Positions 60,214 through 64,000 of a stretch of DNA of 64,000 nucleotides are shown here, one piece after another. Made by a program: the position numbers and the translations under genes. Within the stretch, counting starts at the first letter, position 1, and every line of letters starts with the position of its first letter. The notes under the pieces are model-generated. The model worked only from the letters and a program-made list of their open reading frames with translations. It searched no databases and had not been told where the DNA came from. The DNA is from Xylographa opegraphella (Eukaryota), in NCBI GenBank assembly GCA_022813865.1, contig JALDZX010000020.1:186001-250000 (forward strand), read 5' to 3'.

Positions 60214-60774
60214 GGTGGGCTTGCGTGCCCTTTCCACTTTCAGCTCGGTAGCACCGGACTATCAGCGACAAAGGACCACTTTTGTGATGGATACCTCCGT
60301 ACAGAGGTAGCTATCGCCCTGTTACGTCTACGATAGCTGCCGTCGAAGACTTACGGTCGGAATCTGCTATCGAATGGAAACATGTCTGCCGTTCGTGTAC
60401 CGGCAAGGCACCTTGGGTTCCAGTAGCTTTTGCCGTCCAAAACCTGTGAAGGCGGAGTTATTGTTCTGTTTCTATAAAGCCCAAGGCTGTTGCCCTAGCG
60501 ATTCGAGGGCTTCAAGAAGCTTACAATATCTCCGAAAGCTGGTTGGACGGGAGTGATATTAGGGAAAAGGTATTGAAGGAGGTTGTGAGGATGTTGTAGC
60601 AGAGTTATATGGAGTGGATCAATGCAGGTTCAGCAGCATCATGTGGATCCGGAGCAAGAACTTCGAATAAGGATTCCAAGCACTTTGGGGGAAACAACTA
60701 TCATGTTTTCAAAGCCTATCTCTCGAGTCACTGGGCTCGGCGGTCTGAATCTGCTTGACTGATGACACTATCCA

Positions 60775-62436
60775 TCATTTCAGCTCCCACACTCCCTGCT
60801 TCTCCACAATTTCCACCGTCCGATCTTCGTCTAGACTCCGTCTTCCTGCCTCCAAAATTGCCGTCGTCCCAATCGTGTTCTTGATGGTTGGCAATCCACT
60901 CTGATCCAGCTGGTCGAGTGTTACCCGCCCTTCATTGAGCGCTGTGACGCTGTCTATAAACTTCTCAAACGAGATATAGCCGTACCCTGTCTGACCGTTG
61001 AAGTTCCCCTCTTCATCGGGGGCATACTTCATGTAGAAAGGGTTGTACCACATGATCTGGCCTGCGGAATCAGAAGCCACGTCATAACCGCGTTTCGCTT
61101 GGTCGATACGTATTTCGCCTTCGGATGCCATATCTGTATTGAATATTAGACTTGGTGGTGTGCTCGGATTATTGTTTGCTTATTGAGCCTACAATGGAAG
61201 TATTGATTCGAGTGCACTCCGGCTTTCTGTGGCGCTGTCCAGCTCGCCGTATACACTCCTGTAGCTACCTTCTCCGGCTCACCTTTCTTCTCCCACCTCA
61301 CGAGCAGGGAAATCGTATCTTCCGTTCCTTGAACGCAACCAAGCGCTTCAGCAGTACCTCTAGATCCGTTGGCCGTGACTTTCGCAGGCCGGTATCCTGG
61401 CACCATCGATTCGCAAATGTCGATATGGTGTGAATTCAGGTAGTACGAGATATCGCTGTCCTTGCCCGCCCACGCCTTGAAGGTCTCGAGCTGGAACTTT
61501 GGCTGCGACATATAAGAGTAAAAGTAATTAAATTCTCCGAGATCCTTGGCTTTGGCCTTCGCATCGGAGTATGCTGGATCAAACCGCTTGTGATGCTCGA
61601 TGAAAACGAAAACTTTGTGAACGCGGGATTCGGCGAGGAGGTGCTGGTGATGGGAGAGGAGTTTAGTGGCAGGCTTTGTGATCAATACGTGAATGCCGCG
61701 CCGAATTGCGTACAGCGCAATGGGATAATGAGTGGTATCCGGTGTAAAGATAGTGATGGCGTCACCAGGGGAGAGGGCGTCGATTGCGGATAAGTAGGCA
61801 TCAGGATCGCGAGCAGTACTGTCCAGCGGGAAGGAGGTGAAGGAGACGTCGAGATTATTATAGACGTCTGAAATGTTCTTATGGAGGTGCTCGCCTTGGG
61901 AATAAAGTGTCAATTGTGGAAATGGCGACGCGGGAAGGAGAAGAATCGACATACGGATTGCTGGGAACTTCGTGCCAGAGGTGCCTACCATGCTCAATTT
62001 GCCAACTTTGCCTCGTCGTCGGAGGTCGAAAAGTGTAAGCCCCACGACACCGACTTTCTTGTCGGAACCTGACATGCCGCCACCAACAAAGCCAGTGGTG
62101 TACTCACCAGTTCCGACCTTGGGACTTTGTTAGTCCACCAAAAAATGAAGAATATAATAGGTATTGTACACATCGGACTCGAAGTTCCGCCAGGAAGGTT
62201 GCATCTCGATCAACCAGGAGAGAAGCCTCTGATTTTGACTTGGGAAGGAAACGGAATGCTCTGAGAATAGCTAAAACATGTAAATACTGCTCTTCTTTCC
62301 TTTACGTATAATAGGAGCAATAGACAACGCAGGAATTTGCGAGATAATACAAACAGCACTTAATGATGCGAACAGATTCTTCATGACCAATTTAGGGAAG
62401 GACGAATCTTACCATAAGGACATTGATAGGTGCCAT
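60775..62436 (-). CDS. gaaA: D-galacturonate reductase (Gfo/Idh/MocA fold), 4 exons
   Basis: MAPINVLM|VGTGEYTTGFVGG..SDKKVGVVGLTLFDLRRRGKV; EHHKRFDPAY; SDISYYLNSHH; WTAPQKAGVHSNQYFH; ends GVWELK*. Closely matches Aspergillus GaaA as recalled. Confidence 0.9.
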
Positions 62437-62789
62437 ACTGTGAATTATTTCTCTTATTGTAATTTTCTATCTACAGAGATATACATGAAATGGCAGAATT
62501 AGTTCAAAGCATGAGTACTCGCAAGCCATGACAGATCTGACCATTACGCAGCTGCAGTTGAACAAAAAATCTCGCCTAATATCGTGTGCGGAAAATCGAG
62601 GGGCAATCAATGCCTGACGGTGGGCTTTGGGGATATTCTGGGTGAATACGACGCCGTTTCGGGGCTTCTCGGGGCTAGGTTGAGCATGGTTCGTCCCATA
62701 GGTGCTCAACGCTCACGGGTTGCAGGTGAAAGAAAGGCAATTTACTGGTTCAAACCACCCCCACGCCCTTTCTCCTCCAGCTCTTGGTG

Positions 62790-62798
62790 ATTGGTGGA
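62790..62798 (-). promoter_or_regulatory. Galacturonic acid-responsive element (GARE, TCCNCCAAT; GaaR site) in the gaaA-gaaC bidirectional promoter
   Basis: Plus strand ATTGGTGGA = TCCACCAAT on the minus strand, an exact consensus match. Confidence 0.8.
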
Positions 62799-63315
62799 GG
62801 AATTCGCTCCGCATATTATGATTAACCCTGTATTCCCTCTCGGAATTTGGACTCACGTTCTGGTATAAGAGCTTTGAGGTACAAAGAACCAGGAGTATAT
62901 TCGCCCTGTAGAAAGCCGGAGAAACTGTCACACCTGAAGTTTGTCTGATGAAAGTATGGCACACGCGAAGCGACAGACCGTTGACATGGCTTCCCGTAAT
63001 CCGATATAACGCACCGAATGGAGTATTTGGACTATTCAGGACCCAATGAAACGGTCCGTATGGAATGTCCTGGACAGACTCACCATGGATATCATGACAC
63101 TAGAAGCCTCCTGCTTCCATGAGCATATGCAGCCAGTCTGAGTTTTCTTTCCGGACGATCCCCCACATTCAGCCGTAAGGACTATCAAAGCATGACTGGA
63201 CCGAGTTCATCTAGGATATCAGATCCCCCCCTCGAGATTACCACTTTTGGGGCAGAGCGTCTTCTGGCAACATCGATACAACCTACCATTTCGGCCACTC
63301 CTCAAGCCGACTACG

Positions 63316-64000
63316 ATGTCTTCCACTCATACCAATGGCAATGGTAATGGCTTCTCCAAGCCTCTAACGCCTCTCCGCCATGGTATATACGCCCCAACGA
63401 TGACATTCTTTGACCCAGAGACCGAAGATCTTGACCTTCCTACCATCCGCAAGCACTCGGTCCGCCTCGCCCGCGCAGGTTTGGTAGGGCTGGTGACCAT
63501 GGGCTCGAATGGTGAAGCTGTTCATCTTACCCGTGCAGAGAAAACCGCTGTAACCCGCGCGACTCGGGAGGCCCTCGACGAAGCTGGTTTCACCAATGTC
63601 CCCGTCATTTGTGGCGCCTCTGAGCAGTCTATTCGCGGTACGATCGACCTTTGTCACGAGGGAAAGGCCGCTGGAGCCGAGTATACACTGCTCGTACCAC
63701 CCAGCTACTACCGAACCGCTATGGATGAGAAAAGAATGGAGGAATACTATCTGGGTGTTGCAAATGGATCGCCCCTACCAATCATACTCTACAATTACCC
63801 TGGCGCTGTCGCAGGAATAGATATGGATTCGGACTTCATCATCAAGATCAGCCAACACCCAAACATCGTCGGGACAAAATTTACATGTGGTAACACTGGA
63901 AAGTTGACCCGAGTTGCGGCCGCCATGGACGCCGTGACGCCGCATAAGCAAGGAAGCGGCTATATGGCTTTTGGAGGAATGGCGGATTTCACCGCACAGA
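63316..64000 (+). CDS. gaaC: 2-keto-3-deoxy-L-galactonate aldolase (DHDPS/DapA family), truncated by the window end
   Basis: Open frame from ATG 63316 to the window end (absent from the ORF track): PLRHGIYAPTMTFFDPETEDLD, MGSNGEAVHL, LYNYPG, Schiff-base Lys in VGTKFTCGNTGKL; divergent from gaaA. Confidence 0.92.
   Translation, partial: MSSTHTNGNGNGFSKPLTPLRHGIYAPTMTFFDPETEDLDLPTIRKHSVRLARAGLVGLVTMGSNGEAVHLTRAEKTAVTRATREALDEAGFTNVPVICGASEQSIRGTIDLCHEGKAAGAEYTLLVPPSYYRTAMDEKRMEEYYLGVANGSPLPIILYNYPGAVAGIDMDSDFIIKISQHPNIVGTKFTCGNTGKLTRVAAAMDAVTPHKQGSGYMAFGGMADFTAQ

Overview
This window is eukaryotic DNA from a filamentous ascomycete (Pezizomycotina). The evidence is short GT-AG introns with CTRAY branch sites and typical fungal housekeeping genes; the exact lineage cannot be fixed from the sequence alone. 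About 26 protein-coding loci are supported, most of them spliced, so the ORF track shows them as fragments. Conserved genes include a Pga1-like ER protein, an Old Yellow Enzyme, alpha-tubulin, EDE1, HDA1, CTF4/sepB, a DCAF4-like WD40 protein, a PMA1 H+-ATPase, the NRD1-CIT1-YHM2 trio, a ketopantoate reductase-like gene, QNS1, BIM1/EB1 and an FWD1/beta-TrCP-like F-box-WD40 gene. The divergent D-galacturonate catabolic pair gaaA-gaaC is also present, with gaaC running off the right edge. Orphan-rich patches lie at ~4-7 kb, ~40.8-43.2 kb and ~48.5-55 kb. The most interesting observations are: (1) a small double-F-box ORF starting 10 nt after the Pga1-like stop codon, a candidate dicistronic unit; (2) a tandem pair of diverged paralogs resembling the pRiA4b ORF-3/MM3350 family; (3) a putative R-S-E ADP-ribosyltransferase-fold gene whose canonical splicing gives an in-frame TAG; (4) a candidate poison micro-exon in NRD1; (5) a GARE element flanked by three CreA-type sites between gaaA and gaaC. 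No tRNA, rRNA, CRISPR array or intact transposon could be supported. Exon boundaries were read by eye and family calls are from recognition, not database searches.
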